Assembly: GCA_964577845.1 (NCBI GenBank)
Contig: CAZOAH010000011.1
Coordinates: forward strand, 1,916-65,915
Source of the DNA: an uncultured Akkermansia sp.
GTDB taxonomy: Bacteria; Bacteroidota; Bacteroidia; Flavobacteriales_D; Crocinitomicaceae
DNA length: 64,000 nt
Direction of reading: 5' to 3'
Positions 27,823-41,039 of the stretch are shown piece after piece; position 1 is the stretch's first letter; every line of letters begins with the position of its first letter. The notes under the pieces are model-generated. The model saw only the letters and a list, made by a program, of their open reading frames with translations. It was not told the DNA's origin and did no database searches. A program made the translations under genes and the position numbers.

Positions 27823-29136
27823 ATGCTGTACCGTATTTTGAGATTTATTATTGGTAATGGAATGCGTCTTTACTATCGAGAAATCAAAGTAAAGGGCAAA
27901 AATGAGTTGAATCAAAACGGTCCAATGATTATAGTTGCCAATCACCCAAATACTTTAATTGATGCTTGGATTATTGCTTATCATATAAAAAAACCCGTTT
28001 ATTACCTCACGAAAGGAACATTTTTTAATAACTCCTTTAAAAAGTGGATTTTGGGCAAATTATACATGATTCCTATCAACAGACCGATGGATTCAAAAAC
28101 TTTAGGAGTTGATAATCGAACTTCATTTGAGGCATGTTATGAAGTTCTAGAAAATGGTGGAACACTAGTTATTTTCCCTGAGGGAAATAGCATGATGGAA
28201 AACACACTTCGTGACCTTAAAACTGGGGCAGCTCGCATTGCTTTAGAAGTTCAAAAGCGCAACAAAATAAAAGAAAGCATAAAAATTTGTCCTATTGGAT
28301 TTTTTTATTCGAAGGGACATAGGTTTAGAAGTTCAGTTCTCGCAAATGTTGGAAAAGCCTTTAAAATTGAAACATTCGTTTCGAAGTATGTTGACGAACC
28401 TTCAGAAACTGCAAAGTTGCTTACCAATGAAATTAGGGTGGCAATAGAAAATTTAATTATAGGAACCGATAATCAAAATCAAGAAATTTTTATTGAACGA
28501 ATACTTCTGGCGCTCCAAACATTTAATAAATTCAAAAATATTGAAGTTAAACAACAAGAATACAAACTGGTCAAACAGCGCATTCAGGAATTCCAAATAC
28601 ATGATTCAGAAATTTATATGGAACTGGAAGCGAAAATCATGAAACTTGAATGGTTAATGGATCATTTGAGAATTCATCCAAAGGCTATACTAGAAGCGAA
28701 AAATGATTCTTACCTAAGGAGATATTTTTTGATACCATTATTTATATTGTTTGCTTTCCCTATTTTTCTTTTTGGATCATTCTTCCATATAATCCCATTT
28801 AAATTGACCCAATTGCTGATGCCGAAGCTGGTCACTACCAAGGAATACTATGCTCCGGTAGCAATTCTGATAGGACTGTTCTTGTACCCTCTAAATTATT
28901 TGTTGATCTTCATATTTCTCAAATATTATTTTTCATGCGGCACTCTTATCCTAGTTTGTGCAATTCCTTTTATTGCTGCATCTGGAATTTTTGCCTTTCA
29001 CTTTTCGAACTACATCAAACTCCTGCTTAGTCGAGCAATGTTTTTTGTTTCAAAAAAATCGGACAAAGCATTACTATTAGAAATAGAAGAAACATTAGAA
29101 GACTTGAAAAACCAAATAATTCCTTCTTCTGTATAG
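27823..29136 (+). CDS. Lysophospholipid/glycerol-3-phosphate acyltransferase (PlsC family) with a C-terminal membrane domain
   Basis: ANHPNTLID and VIFPEGNS acyltransferase blocks. Hydrophobic C-terminal third. Confidence 0.75.
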   Translation: MLYRILRFIIGNGMRLYYREIKVKGKNELNQNGPMIIVANHPNTLIDAWIIAYHIKKPVYYLTKGTFFNNSFKKWILGKLYMIPINRPMDSKTLGVDNRTSFEACYEVLENGGTLVIFPEGNSMMENTLRDLKTGAARIALEVQKRNKIKESIKICPIGFFYSKGHRFRSSVLANVGKAFKIETFVSKYVDEPSETAKLLTNEIRVAIENLIIGTDNQNQEIFIERILLALQTFNKFKNIEVKQQEYKLVKQRIQEFQIHDSEIYMELEAKIMKLEWLMDHLRIHPKAILEAKNDSYLRRYFLIPLFILFAFPIFLFGSFFHIIPFKLTQLLMPKLVTTKEYYAPVAILIGLFLYPLNYLLIFIFLKYYFSCGTLILVCAIPFIAASGIFAFHFSNYIKLLLSRAMFFVSKKSDKALLLEIEETLEDLKNQIIPSSV

Positions 29137-29144
29137 CAATTTGC

Positions 29145-30023
29145 TTAAAATTCTTGTTGCAATATGTAGAATTTACCTTTCGGATCAATTGAAATTGACT
29201 TGTTCGATATCTTTACCAATTTAAATTTAAAGTCCCTATCATTCAACAATTTCACAATTCCTATTTTTTGATTTTTTTCATTAAACAAAGAGAATTTCTT
29301 CTCATTTAGATTTGGATTGTTTTCATCGTTACTTGAAAATACCAAATCATCCAACCGAGCCATTCTTAAGAAACTTTCATTTGCCTTCACCTCATCACCA
29401 ATTTTCTTTTTAACCTCCCAAATGTATCCTTCATTTTTACTTAAATAAAAGAAATTTTGGGCGTTTTGCTCGAGTATTCGACACGTTACATAAAGACCAG
29501 CGATTTGAGAATTTCGAATAATTTGATCTTCCTCTAGATTATATATAGAAGGAAATTCTGGAAGTTTTTTGCTGATATCAACATCATTTAAAAATTGATT
29601 CCATTTGATAAATGCTTCGGGCTCTTGCAACTTTGGATTGGCTCCAATAAGATCAAGTAATTCGTCCCGAATTGATAATTTCAACTTGCTCAATTGTCGA
29701 AAATAATCAGACATATCAAGAGCAACCAAAAAATCATTTTCTTTAACAAACTCTCCTGATTTAAAAGGAACATCACCTTTTTTCAATTTCCCAGCTATTG
29801 AAAAACTTACTGGAAATAACTTTAAATATGAAACATTCAACCATATGGTATCACCATTTGTAGCAATGGTATCAAGTTTAGTTTTTTCACTTTTTTGATT
29901 ACTACCCGCAACTTCATTTTTGATATCTTTTTGTTTTACAATATCGTTTGAATTTTGATTAACAATTAGCACACCAAACAAAATGGTAATCAAAATCAAT
30001 GCTATAACAATGACATGCTTCAT
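29145..30023 (-). CDS. Membrane-anchored HlyD/periplasmic-adaptor-like protein (tentative)
   Basis: N-terminal TM helix. GKLKKGDVPFKSGEFVKENDFLVALD resembles a lipoyl-type barrel of membrane fusion proteins. No partner pump nearby. Confidence 0.35.
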   Translation of the reverse strand: MKHVIVIALILITILFGVLIVNQNSNDIVKQKDIKNEVAGSNQKSEKTKLDTIATNGDTIWLNVSYLKLFPVSFSIAGKLKKGDVPFKSGEFVKENDFLVALDMSDYFRQLSKLKLSIRDELLDLIGANPKLQEPEAFIKWNQFLNDVDISKKLPEFPSIYNLEEDQIIRNSQIAGLYVTCRILEQNAQNFFYLSKNEGYIWEVKKKIGDEVKANESFLRMARLDDLVFSSNDENNPNLNEKKFSLFNEKNQKIGIVKLLNDRDFKFKLVKISNKSISIDPKGKFYILQQEF

Positions 30024-30086
30024 AATTCGTAATTAAAGATACATTTTAGAACGAATAATTTCAAAGAAGTCACTAATTTAGCCTTA

Positions 30087-31994
30087 ATGTGCGGAATATC
30101 AGGATTTTTTGATTTTAACAGCTATTCCACTCCGGAAATTTTAGACAAAATGACCGATGTATTGACGCATCGCGGTCCTGATGGTCGTGGGGTTTATTTT
30201 GACGGAAATAAACATGGTACTCTCGGTCTTGGTCATAGGCGATTATCGATCATTGACTTGAGTGAAACTGGCAAACAACCGATGTCCTTTTCAGAGCTAT
30301 TTATAACCTTTAATGGAGAAATATACAATTATCAGGATATAAGAAAGGATCTAATTTCCAAAGGTCATCAATTTACTGGAAATTCAGATACCGAAGTGAT
30401 CCTTCATGCATATAAGGAATGGGGAACTGCATGTCTTGAAAAGCTAAAAGGCATGTTTTCATTTGTTATTTACGACAGGGAAAAACATAAAATAACCGCA
30501 GTTCGCGATCGTGTTGGTGTAAAACCGCTTTTTTACTACTTACACGAGGGACTATTCATGTTTTCATCGGAATTAAAATCTTTCCACCTTCATCCTAATT
30601 TTGATAAAACACTAAATAAAAATGCGGTAGCTGATTTTATTCAATATGGAAACATTCCTGGTTCACAATCGATATTTAAATTTTGCAATAAACTTCAACC
30701 TGGTCATTATCTTGAATTGGATTTAAGGAATGGTGCACTTTCAGTAAGTCAGTATTGGAACGTTTATGATGCATTTAACAAACCTAAACTAAAAATAGAT
30801 TTTGAGGAAGCAAAAATCATCACGAAAAATAAGCTGAAAGAAGCTTTTGAATTGCGAATGGTGGCTGACGTTCCAGTGGGAGTATTTCTAAGCGGAGGAT
30901 ATGACAGCACATGTGTCACCGGATTACTTCAACAAAACATTACAGAAAAACTGAAAACTTTCACCATTGGTGTTCCCGATATCGGTTTAAATGAAGCCCC
31001 TTTCGCGAAGGACATCGCTAAGCATTTCGATACAGACCACACCGAACTGAATTGTACCGTTAAAGATGCATTGGACTTGATTACGGACCTTCCTTTCTTT
31101 TATGATGAACCGTTTGCTGACAGTAGCGCTATTCCAACGATTTTAGTGAGTAAAATGGCTCGGAAACATGTAACGGTAGCATTAAGTGCTGATGGTGGAG
31201 ACGAGCTTTTTGCCGGCTACAATCGTTACGATTACATGCTCAAATATGGGCGCAAACTTGAAAAAATACCGAAAATTTTCAGAAAATCATTGGCAGGAGC
31301 AATGGGATTAATTCCTGCGAATCAAATTCCAATTCTGAAGAAAAAATACAACTTTCATCAACGTTATGAAAAGGTAAAAAAACTGCTTAAAGAGTTTGAT
31401 AATGAAGCTGTAATGATGAGCCTAAGTCAGCAATTTACATCAGAACAATTGGTTGAAATTCTCAAGTTTTCGCACCAAGATAATCGGGATTTGGCATTTT
31501 TCTCCAAAGAACTAAATTCAGAATACAATACACCTTTATCATACATGTTGGCAATTGATTTCCAAACCTATTTGGTAGATGATATCATGCAAAAAGTCGA
31601 TCGTGCTTCAATGGCAGTTAGTTTGGAAGGTCGGGAACCTTTTCTAGACCATGATTTAATCAATTGGGCTGCGCAACTTCCCGACAATTTCAAATACAAT
31701 GCTGGAATTAAAAAATATATTTTGAAGGAAATTGTTCATGATATGGTTCCCAAGGAAATGATGGCAAGACCGAAAATGGGATTTGCAATTCCAATTGCCG
31801 ATTGGTTGGCGAAAGATTTAAAACCTGTTGTTGAAACCTATTTATCCAAAGAATTATTGGCTCAACACAATTTATTTAATACCGATTTTATCGAAAAATT
31901 AAAAACTGATGTTTTCAATGGTAAAAAAGAAATGGCTTCAAAACTTTGGTATTTCTTAATGTTTCAAATGTGGTATGAACGGTGGATGAAATAA
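30087..31994 (+). CDS. asnB: Asparagine synthase family glutamine amidotransferase, second copy
   Basis: MCGISG, HRRLSIIDL, FNGEIYN, PP-loop LSGGYDST. Confidence 0.85.
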   Translation: MCGISGFFDFNSYSTPEILDKMTDVLTHRGPDGRGVYFDGNKHGTLGLGHRRLSIIDLSETGKQPMSFSELFITFNGEIYNYQDIRKDLISKGHQFTGNSDTEVILHAYKEWGTACLEKLKGMFSFVIYDREKHKITAVRDRVGVKPLFYYLHEGLFMFSSELKSFHLHPNFDKTLNKNAVADFIQYGNIPGSQSIFKFCNKLQPGHYLELDLRNGALSVSQYWNVYDAFNKPKLKIDFEEAKIITKNKLKEAFELRMVADVPVGVFLSGGYDSTCVTGLLQQNITEKLKTFTIGVPDIGLNEAPFAKDIAKHFDTDHTELNCTVKDALDLITDLPFFYDEPFADSSAIPTILVSKMARKHVTVALSADGGDELFAGYNRYDYMLKYGRKLEKIPKIFRKSLAGAMGLIPANQIPILKKKYNFHQRYEKVKKLLKEFDNEAVMMSLSQQFTSEQLVEILKFSHQDNRDLAFFSKELNSEYNTPLSYMLAIDFQTYLVDDIMQKVDRASMAVSLEGREPFLDHDLINWAAQLPDNFKYNAGIKKYILKEIVHDMVPKEMMARPKMGFAIPIADWLAKDLKPVVETYLSKELLAQHNLFNTDFIEKLKTDVFNGKKEMASKLWYFLMFQMWYERWMK

Positions 31995-32006
31995 TTCGAA
32001 AATAAT

Positions 32007-33245
32007 TTGGCAAAAGTTCTTTATATATCGTACGATGGAATGACCGACCCATTAGGCCAATCTCAGGTTTTACCCTATCTCATTGGATTAACAATTCAAG
32101 GGCATGAATTTCATCTCATCAGTTTTGAAAAAAAAGGCAGGTTTGAGGAAGATCGAAAAAAAATTGAAAATTTGTGCGACGAATCAGGTATACATTGGCA
32201 TCCATTATCATACACAAAAAAACCACCATTACTTTCAACAATTTATGATGTTAAGCGGATGTCTGCTATGGCAAAATCACTGCACATCAAACATAACTTT
32301 GATATTGTCCACTGTAGAAGTTACATCTCTGGCTTAATAGGTTTGAGCATTAAAGGGAAATATCAGACCAAATTTCTTTTCGATATGAGAGGTTTTTGGG
32401 CAGATGAACGCCTTGAAGGAGGTATTTGGAATGGCAACAACCCAGTTTTCAAAAGGGTTTACAATTTCTTTAAAGGCAAGGAAAAGCAGTTTTTCATCAA
32501 ATCAGATCATATCATCTCTTTAACATCAGCAGGTAAAAAAGAAATCTTGAAAATGCAACCAACTATTTCAGAAAGCAAGATTACTGTAATTCCTTGTTGT
32601 GTAGATTTGGAAAAATTTAATCCAGACAATTATTCTGAGGACCAAATTAATTCAATTAGGCAGGAACTTAATATTCCTGTAAATGACATGGTCTTGGGTT
32701 ATGTCGGATCGATTGGAACATGGTATATGCTCGACGAAATGTTAGATTTTTATATTGTTTTTAGAGAAAAATATACTTCATCAAAATTCCTTTTCATAAC
32801 TGCAGAAAATCCAAATTATATTTTAGAACGCGCTAAATCTAAAAGAATATCAGAGGAATCGATAATAATTAAAAAAAGTACTCATAACAGCGTGCCATCT
32901 TACATACTGACATTTGATTATTCGATCTTCTTTATCAAGCCCACTTTTTCCAAATCTGCCTCATCACCGACAAAACAGGCAGAATTAATGGCGATGGGCA
33001 TACCAATAATTTGCAATTCGGGGGTTGGAGACACTGATACAATTGTTATTGAACATTGTGCAGGAAGTGTAATTCCTAACTTTGAGAGTCTAGCATACAA
33101 ACATCTATTAGATGAAGGAATTAAGTTTGATAAGTCAAAAGCCTCCAAAGCTGCTCAAAATGAATTTGGTCTGAGGGAAGGTGTTGCGAGATATCAAACA
33201 GTTTATGAGTCATTGACTTTCAGTGGATTAACAAAGGAAAAGTAA
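32007..33245 (+). CDS. Glycosyltransferase family 4
   Basis: TTG start. AKVLYISYDGMTDPLGQSQVLPYL N-terminus. PTKQAELMAMGIPII in the C-terminal half. Confidence 0.75.
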   Translation: MAKVLYISYDGMTDPLGQSQVLPYLIGLTIQGHEFHLISFEKKGRFEEDRKKIENLCDESGIHWHPLSYTKKPPLLSTIYDVKRMSAMAKSLHIKHNFDIVHCRSYISGLIGLSIKGKYQTKFLFDMRGFWADERLEGGIWNGNNPVFKRVYNFFKGKEKQFFIKSDHIISLTSAGKKEILKMQPTISESKITVIPCCVDLEKFNPDNYSEDQINSIRQELNIPVNDMVLGYVGSIGTWYMLDEMLDFYIVFREKYTSSKFLFITAENPNYILERAKSKRISEESIIIKKSTHNSVPSYILTFDYSIFFIKPTFSKSASSPTKQAELMAMGIPIICNSGVGDTDTIVIEHCAGSVIPNFESLAYKHLLDEGIKFDKSKASKAAQNEFGLREGVARYQTVYESLTFSGLTKEK

Positions 33246-33249
33246 ACGT

Positions 33250-34329
33250 ATGCCAAAGAGAATTGCTTTTATTGCTCCCTATCCATACGCCCAAGCGCCA
33301 TCGCAGCGTTTTAGATTTGAACAATACTTCGATTTTTTAGAAGATCATGACTACACCTATACATTATTTCCCTTTTATGATTTTAAATCGTGGCAATTAC
33401 TCTACACAAACAATAGCGCATTTCGCAAAGCTTGGGTGGTTTTATCATCCTATTTCAAAAGATTTTCATTGCTATTTAAGCTCCGGAAATTTGATATTGT
33501 TTTCATTCATCGCGAAGCAACACATATCGGTCCTCCGATCATTGAATGGTTTATTGCAAAAGTCTTGAAAAAAAAATACGTTTACGATTTCGATGATGCG
33601 ATTTGGCTACCCAATTACAGTGAAGGAAACTCAAAATTTCACAGATTAAAAGCTTATTGGAAGGTGAAATATTGTATTAAATGGGCATATCGTGTTTCTG
33701 CAGGAAATGCTTTTTTGGCAAATTATGCGAAACAATTTAATAAGAATGTTACCATTTTACCGACAACAATCGACACTGAAAATTATCACAATTTAAAATG
33801 TCAACACAATAAAAAACCGACAATAATAGGTTGGACAGGCACACACACCACGATGCAATACCTTCAAACCGTTGTTCATATACTGCAGGAAATTGAAGAA
33901 AAATATCCAATTGAAATCCACATCATTTCCAATGAAAAACCAGATTTAGATTTGAAAAATTTAGTTTATACAAAATGGCGAAAAGAAACAGAAATTGAAG
34001 ATCTTGTTAAATTTTCTATTGGCATCATGCCTTTAGAAGACAACATATGGGCTGAGGGTAAATGTGGGTTTAAAGGATTGCAATACATGGCTTTAGAAAT
34101 TCCAACAATAATGTCGGCTGTTGGAGTGAATAAAACAATTTTAAATAATGGTGTAAATGGATTTTTAGTAAAGGATTCTAATGACTGGAAAACAGCATTG
34201 GTCTCATTAATTGAGGATCACATGCTAAGACAAACAATTGGTAAAGCAGGGTGTGAAAGCGTGAAAAAAAATTATTCTGTTCTTGCAAACAAAAGTTTAT
34301 TTCTAAGTTTATTGGAGACACAAAACTGA
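33250..34329 (+). CDS. Glycosyltransferase, GT-B fold (GT1/GT4)
   Basis: IGWTGTHTT, GFKGLQYMALEIPTIMSAVGVNKTILNNGVNGFLV. Confidence 0.7.
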   Translation: MPKRIAFIAPYPYAQAPSQRFRFEQYFDFLEDHDYTYTLFPFYDFKSWQLLYTNNSAFRKAWVVLSSYFKRFSLLFKLRKFDIVFIHREATHIGPPIIEWFIAKVLKKKYVYDFDDAIWLPNYSEGNSKFHRLKAYWKVKYCIKWAYRVSAGNAFLANYAKQFNKNVTILPTTIDTENYHNLKCQHNKKPTIIGWTGTHTTMQYLQTVVHILQEIEEKYPIEIHIISNEKPDLDLKNLVYTKWRKETEIEDLVKFSIGIMPLEDNIWAEGKCGFKGLQYMALEIPTIMSAVGVNKTILNNGVNGFLVKDSNDWKTALVSLIEDHMLRQTIGKAGCESVKKNYSVLANKSLFLSLLETQN

Positions 34330-34355
34330 AATACAAGTCTTAAATTTTCAAACAA

Positions 34356-34934
34356 ATGCAGCTAATTTTTGCTACCCACAATCAAAATAAGGTTATTGAA
34401 ATACGATCCCTTCTTCCTGAAAAGATGGAGTTACTGTCTTTGAATGACATCAATTTTCATGAAACCATCGCTGAAACTGAAAACACTATTGAAGGCAATT
34501 CTCTATTGAAAGCTAAAACCATACAAATGAGAACCAACAAAAATTGTTTTGCTGATGATACTGGTTTGGAAGTTAACTTTCTAGGTGGCGCTCCAGGCGT
34601 GCTTTCTGCAAGATATTCTGGTGAAAATGCTAATGATAAAAATAACGTGGATAAACTATTGCACGAAATGCGCTTTGCAACGGACCGATCTGCACAATTT
34701 AGAACGGTGATTACTTTATTAATTGATAATAAAACCTATATTTTTGAAGGTATTATTGAAGGGAAAATTGGATCAGTGCCACAAGGTAAAAATGGTTTCG
34801 GTTACGATCCGATATTTATCCCCGATGGCTATGAAAACACATTTGCGGAAATTTCTCTTGAAGAAAAAAACAACATAAGCCATCGTGCGATTGCATTCAG
34901 GAAAATGATTAGTTTCTTGAAAAATATGCCTTGA
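34356..34934 (+). CDS. rdgB: Non-canonical purine NTP pyrophosphatase (RdgB/HAM1)
   Basis: FATHNQNKVIEI, DDTGLEV, GFGYDPIF, ISHRA. Confidence 0.9.
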   Translation: MQLIFATHNQNKVIEIRSLLPEKMELLSLNDINFHETIAETENTIEGNSLLKAKTIQMRTNKNCFADDTGLEVNFLGGAPGVLSARYSGENANDKNNVDKLLHEMRFATDRSAQFRTVITLLIDNKTYIFEGIIEGKIGSVPQGKNGFGYDPIFIPDGYENTFAEISLEEKNNISHRAIAFRKMISFLKNMP

Positions 34935-35011
34935 CAAATATCATTATTAATTTTATTTATTTCTATTATTTAATTTTTTAAAATATCCTTTATTTCTAGC
35001 CATTAAATGGA

Positions 35012-35019
35012 TAAATTTG
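35012..35019 (+). promoter_or_regulatory. Candidate -7 box (TAnnTTTG) for icd
   Basis: TAAATTTG ends 25 nt upstream of the ATG at 35044. Confidence 0.4.
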
Positions 35020-35043
35020 CCACCGGTTCTTAATTCCATTTAA

Positions 35044-37844
<2,801 letters not shown>

Positions 37845-37850
37845 GTTCTA

Positions 37851-39239
37851 TTGAAAAAAATCGCTGGTATAGGAGCAATCTTGCTGTTAACATTTGGCTG
37901 CGGTACTATTTCGCCTGAAGCACCTGATTATGAGGTATCCCCTTTACCTCCAATAATACCAACCCTTTCAACCATTCATGCACCAATTACATTAGAACTA
38001 AAATCATATTTGAACGAAGCAGAAAAATCCGTTCCAAATAATCTAAAAGGTGAGGAAGAAAATTGCTCAGGAGTAAGTTATTCTTATACATTTAAAAGAG
38101 AACCTATTGTTTTCTATGGATCTGAATCAACCATGAATTACAAAGTAAATGGTGCCTATGGTATCTCAATGAATTATTGCCCCACATGCACTTATTTGTT
38201 TGATGATGAAGGAACTTGTATAATCCCCAGAATATATCTAAGTTGTGGTGTAGACGAAGCCATGAGGAAAATGAGCTTATCCTATGCTACGACGATTGCA
38301 GTGAATAATGATTATACTTTCAAATCGTCAACAGAATTAAAGGAATTCAAATTGATTGATCCCTGTGAAGTTTCACTTTTTAGTTTTGATGTAACAGGAC
38401 AATTAAAAAAACAACTTACGCCTGTATTAACTGATCTGGAAAACGACATCGACGAACAAATAAGGGCCTTAGATATTAAACCACAGTTGAACGAACTTTG
38501 GGAATTGGCAAATACACCAATTCCTTTTGAAGACTTTGGCTATTTAAATATTAATCCGAAAAACATTTCTTTAAATAAATTAACATTCAACGGCACAAAA
38601 GCTCTGTTAGATGTGGCCATTAGCTTACAACCATCCTTTACAACATCTTCAATTACTAAGGGTAATACAAAATTGCCAAACCTTACCAAAATAAATGCAA
38701 ATGATGGATTTAATATCGCCTTGGATGTTTACGCCGGTTATGATTCTCTCAGTGGCATAATAACCGATCAAATAAAAGATGATACTATTTTCATTAAAAA
38801 AAATGCATTCATTATTAAGGACTTGCAAATATCTGGAACTGTAAATCAAGAAATAACTTTGAAAATTAACTTTGATGGAAAAAGAAAAGGAACATTATAT
38901 CTTATTGGTCAACCAACTTATGATGCCGTGTCACATGAAATATCCTTTCCTAATCTTGATTATGATTTATCATCTAAAAATTTATTACTCCGAACTGCGA
39001 AATGGTTGTTGAACGATAAAATTCTTTCGACCATAAGAGAGCAAGCCAAATACAATATTGATAATGAACTCCATAACTTAAAAAAAGTACTTCAAAGTGA
39101 GATAAATAAAAACAATAATGAACTTTTTATGCTAAAAGCTGACATAAAAGATTTAGATTTATCTCAGATTTTTCTTGATGACAAGAACATTATACTTCGT
39201 CTGCATACAAAAGGAAACGTTTCAGTTTTGGTAAAATGA
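37851..39239 (+). CDS. Lipoprotein, DUF4403-like (tentative)
   Basis: TTG start and lipobox LLTFGCG. The ~460-aa size and all-beta character fit what I recall of DUF4403, but this is unverified. Confidence 0.4.
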   Translation: MKKIAGIGAILLLTFGCGTISPEAPDYEVSPLPPIIPTLSTIHAPITLELKSYLNEAEKSVPNNLKGEEENCSGVSYSYTFKREPIVFYGSESTMNYKVNGAYGISMNYCPTCTYLFDDEGTCIIPRIYLSCGVDEAMRKMSLSYATTIAVNNDYTFKSSTELKEFKLIDPCEVSLFSFDVTGQLKKQLTPVLTDLENDIDEQIRALDIKPQLNELWELANTPIPFEDFGYLNINPKNISLNKLTFNGTKALLDVAISLQPSFTTSSITKGNTKLPNLTKINANDGFNIALDVYAGYDSLSGIITDQIKDDTIFIKKNAFIIKDLQISGTVNQEITLKINFDGKRKGTLYLIGQPTYDAVSHEISFPNLDYDLSSKNLLLRTAKWLLNDKILSTIREQAKYNIDNELHNLKKVLQSEINKNNNELFMLKADIKDLDLSQIFLDDKNIILRLHTKGNVSVLVK

Positions 39240-39291
39240 ATGTTTTAGACAAATTGGCATTATTCATGTTTAATTCTACTTTTTAAAAATT

Positions 39292-40449
39292 ATGAAGTAT
39301 TTATTCCCATTAGTTTTATTGTTATTTCAATTTAATCTTCTCGCACAAAAAAACACTTTTTCCATTTCAGACTGCGATGGTTTTAAGCAAATTGAAAAAT
39401 CTGGAACCTACAATTTAAAATTTACTGGCGAAACTGGCAAGAAGGATGATTTTTTAAAAAATTCCGTTTTAAAAGACTCATTGGACAAAAATATGATCTG
39501 GGTTTCTTTTACTCCTACACAAAAGGGGATTGCATCTTTTATGGCAGAGGTAGATAGAGAATATATACAAATGGTGATTTTTATGGGATACGACATCAGT
39601 TGTAATACTATTTATAATGGTTCGACTAAAGATTATTTAAGAATTACCAAGAAAAATCAAACCACTCTAAGCACAAAATCTCAACTGACTGATTCTGAGT
39701 TAAACGATATTGAACTTAAAACAGGGCAGAAATTAATTATTGGATTTAGCACGTTAGCAAAAAGTACAGGGAATCTTAGTTTTAAGTTTAACTACACCAC
39801 TGAGACAACTGATAGTGAATTAATTGAGCTTGTTGATAACACAAGCAACGAAAATGGTTTTCTTATTAGATTTTCAATTCGAGATCTTGAAACAGATGCC
39901 CCTGTTTTTTCAACAACGACAATTGAAGGTGATGAAGAATTGAACTCCATTTATCTAGGATCCGATATTTTAGTCAATTCAAGTGGTTCTACAACAGTAA
40001 TAGTAAGTTCTGAAGCCAAAGGATACTTCTTTAAGGATACTACTTTTGAAATCACAGGAAAAATAGATGAATTATTCGTTTTACATCTTGATAAAATTGG
40101 GGTTGGGAAAACGATGAAAATTGAAGAAATAGAATTTGAAGCTGGCACAGCAGAGGTGAGTCAAAATAGTAAAGATGAACTGGATAGATTAACACATTTC
40201 CTTTTACTTAATAGTGAAATTGAAATTGAAATACAAGGACATGTTTTTGCCGAAGGCGAAAATACAATATCGACTCAAAAAATGTCTGAAGAAAGAGCTA
40301 AAACAATTATGAAATATCTTATAACTAGTGGTGTAAGTAAAAGTAGACTTACGGCTGTAGGATATGGTAATACCAAACCAATATATGCAAATGCAGAGAA
40401 TGAAAAACAACGACAAGCAAATAGACGAGTCGAAATAAAAGTTAAATAA
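39292..40449 (+). CDS. OmpA-family protein (unassigned N-terminal domain plus C-terminal OmpA-like peptidoglycan-binding domain)
   Basis: Signal peptide. C-terminus: IEFEAGTAEV...RAKTIMKYLITSGVSKSRLTAVGYGNTKPI...NRRVEIKV. Confidence 0.8.
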   Translation: MKYLFPLVLLLFQFNLLAQKNTFSISDCDGFKQIEKSGTYNLKFTGETGKKDDFLKNSVLKDSLDKNMIWVSFTPTQKGIASFMAEVDREYIQMVIFMGYDISCNTIYNGSTKDYLRITKKNQTTLSTKSQLTDSELNDIELKTGQKLIIGFSTLAKSTGNLSFKFNYTTETTDSELIELVDNTSNENGFLIRFSIRDLETDAPVFSTTTIEGDEELNSIYLGSDILVNSSGSTTVIVSSEAKGYFFKDTTFEITGKIDELFVLHLDKIGVGKTMKIEEIEFEAGTAEVSQNSKDELDRLTHFLLLNSEIEIEIQGHVFAEGENTISTQKMSEERAKTIMKYLITSGVSKSRLTAVGYGNTKPIYANAENEKQRQANRRVEIKVK

Positions 40450-40453
40450 GTAA

Positions 40454-41017
40454 TTATATTGTCATTATTTCCTTTTCCTTGACTTCAAGTAAGTCGTCAA
40501 TTCTTTTTACTCCAGAATTGGTGATTCCCTGAATTTCGGATTCCGCATCCTTGAACATATCTTCGGACAAACCTTCATTTTTGAGATCTTTTAGCATATC
40601 CAGAGCATCCTTACGGTTATTCCGAATTCCTACTTTCGCATGTTCACATTCTGCTTTTGCTTTTTTAACAAGATCTTTGCGTCGTTCTTCTGTAAGTGGT
40701 GGAACAGATATTATTAAAACTTCACCATTATTTTGTGGAGCGAAACCAAGATTTGCATTAATAATTCCTTTTGCAATTTCGTTCAACATTTGTTTTTCCC
40801 AAGGCTGAACTGTAATTGTTCGCGCATCCATTGTTGTTATGTTTGCCACTTGCTGAATGGCTGTTGGAGATCCATAATAATCAACCATTACTCCATTGAG
40901 CATTGCTGGAGTTGCTTTACCAGCTCTAATTTTCGAAAATTCATTCTCCAAATGAACAATTGACTTTTTGTTTTGAGATTTGAATTCATCAAATATTAAT
41001 TGAACCTCTTCTGTCAT
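40454..41017 (-). CDS. frr: Ribosome recycling factor
   Basis: 187 aa. FSKIRAGKATPAMLNGVMVDYYG, PPLTEERRKDLVK. Confidence 0.95.
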   Translation of the reverse strand: MTEEVQLIFDEFKSQNKKSIVHLENEFSKIRAGKATPAMLNGVMVDYYGSPTAIQQVANITTMDARTITVQPWEKQMLNEIAKGIINANLGFAPQNNGEVLIISVPPLTEERRKDLVKKAKAECEHAKVGIRNNRKDALDMLKDLKNEGLSEDMFKDAESEIQGITNSGVKRIDDLLEVKEKEIMTI

Positions 41018-41039
41018 ATCGTTAATTTATTTTCTAATC

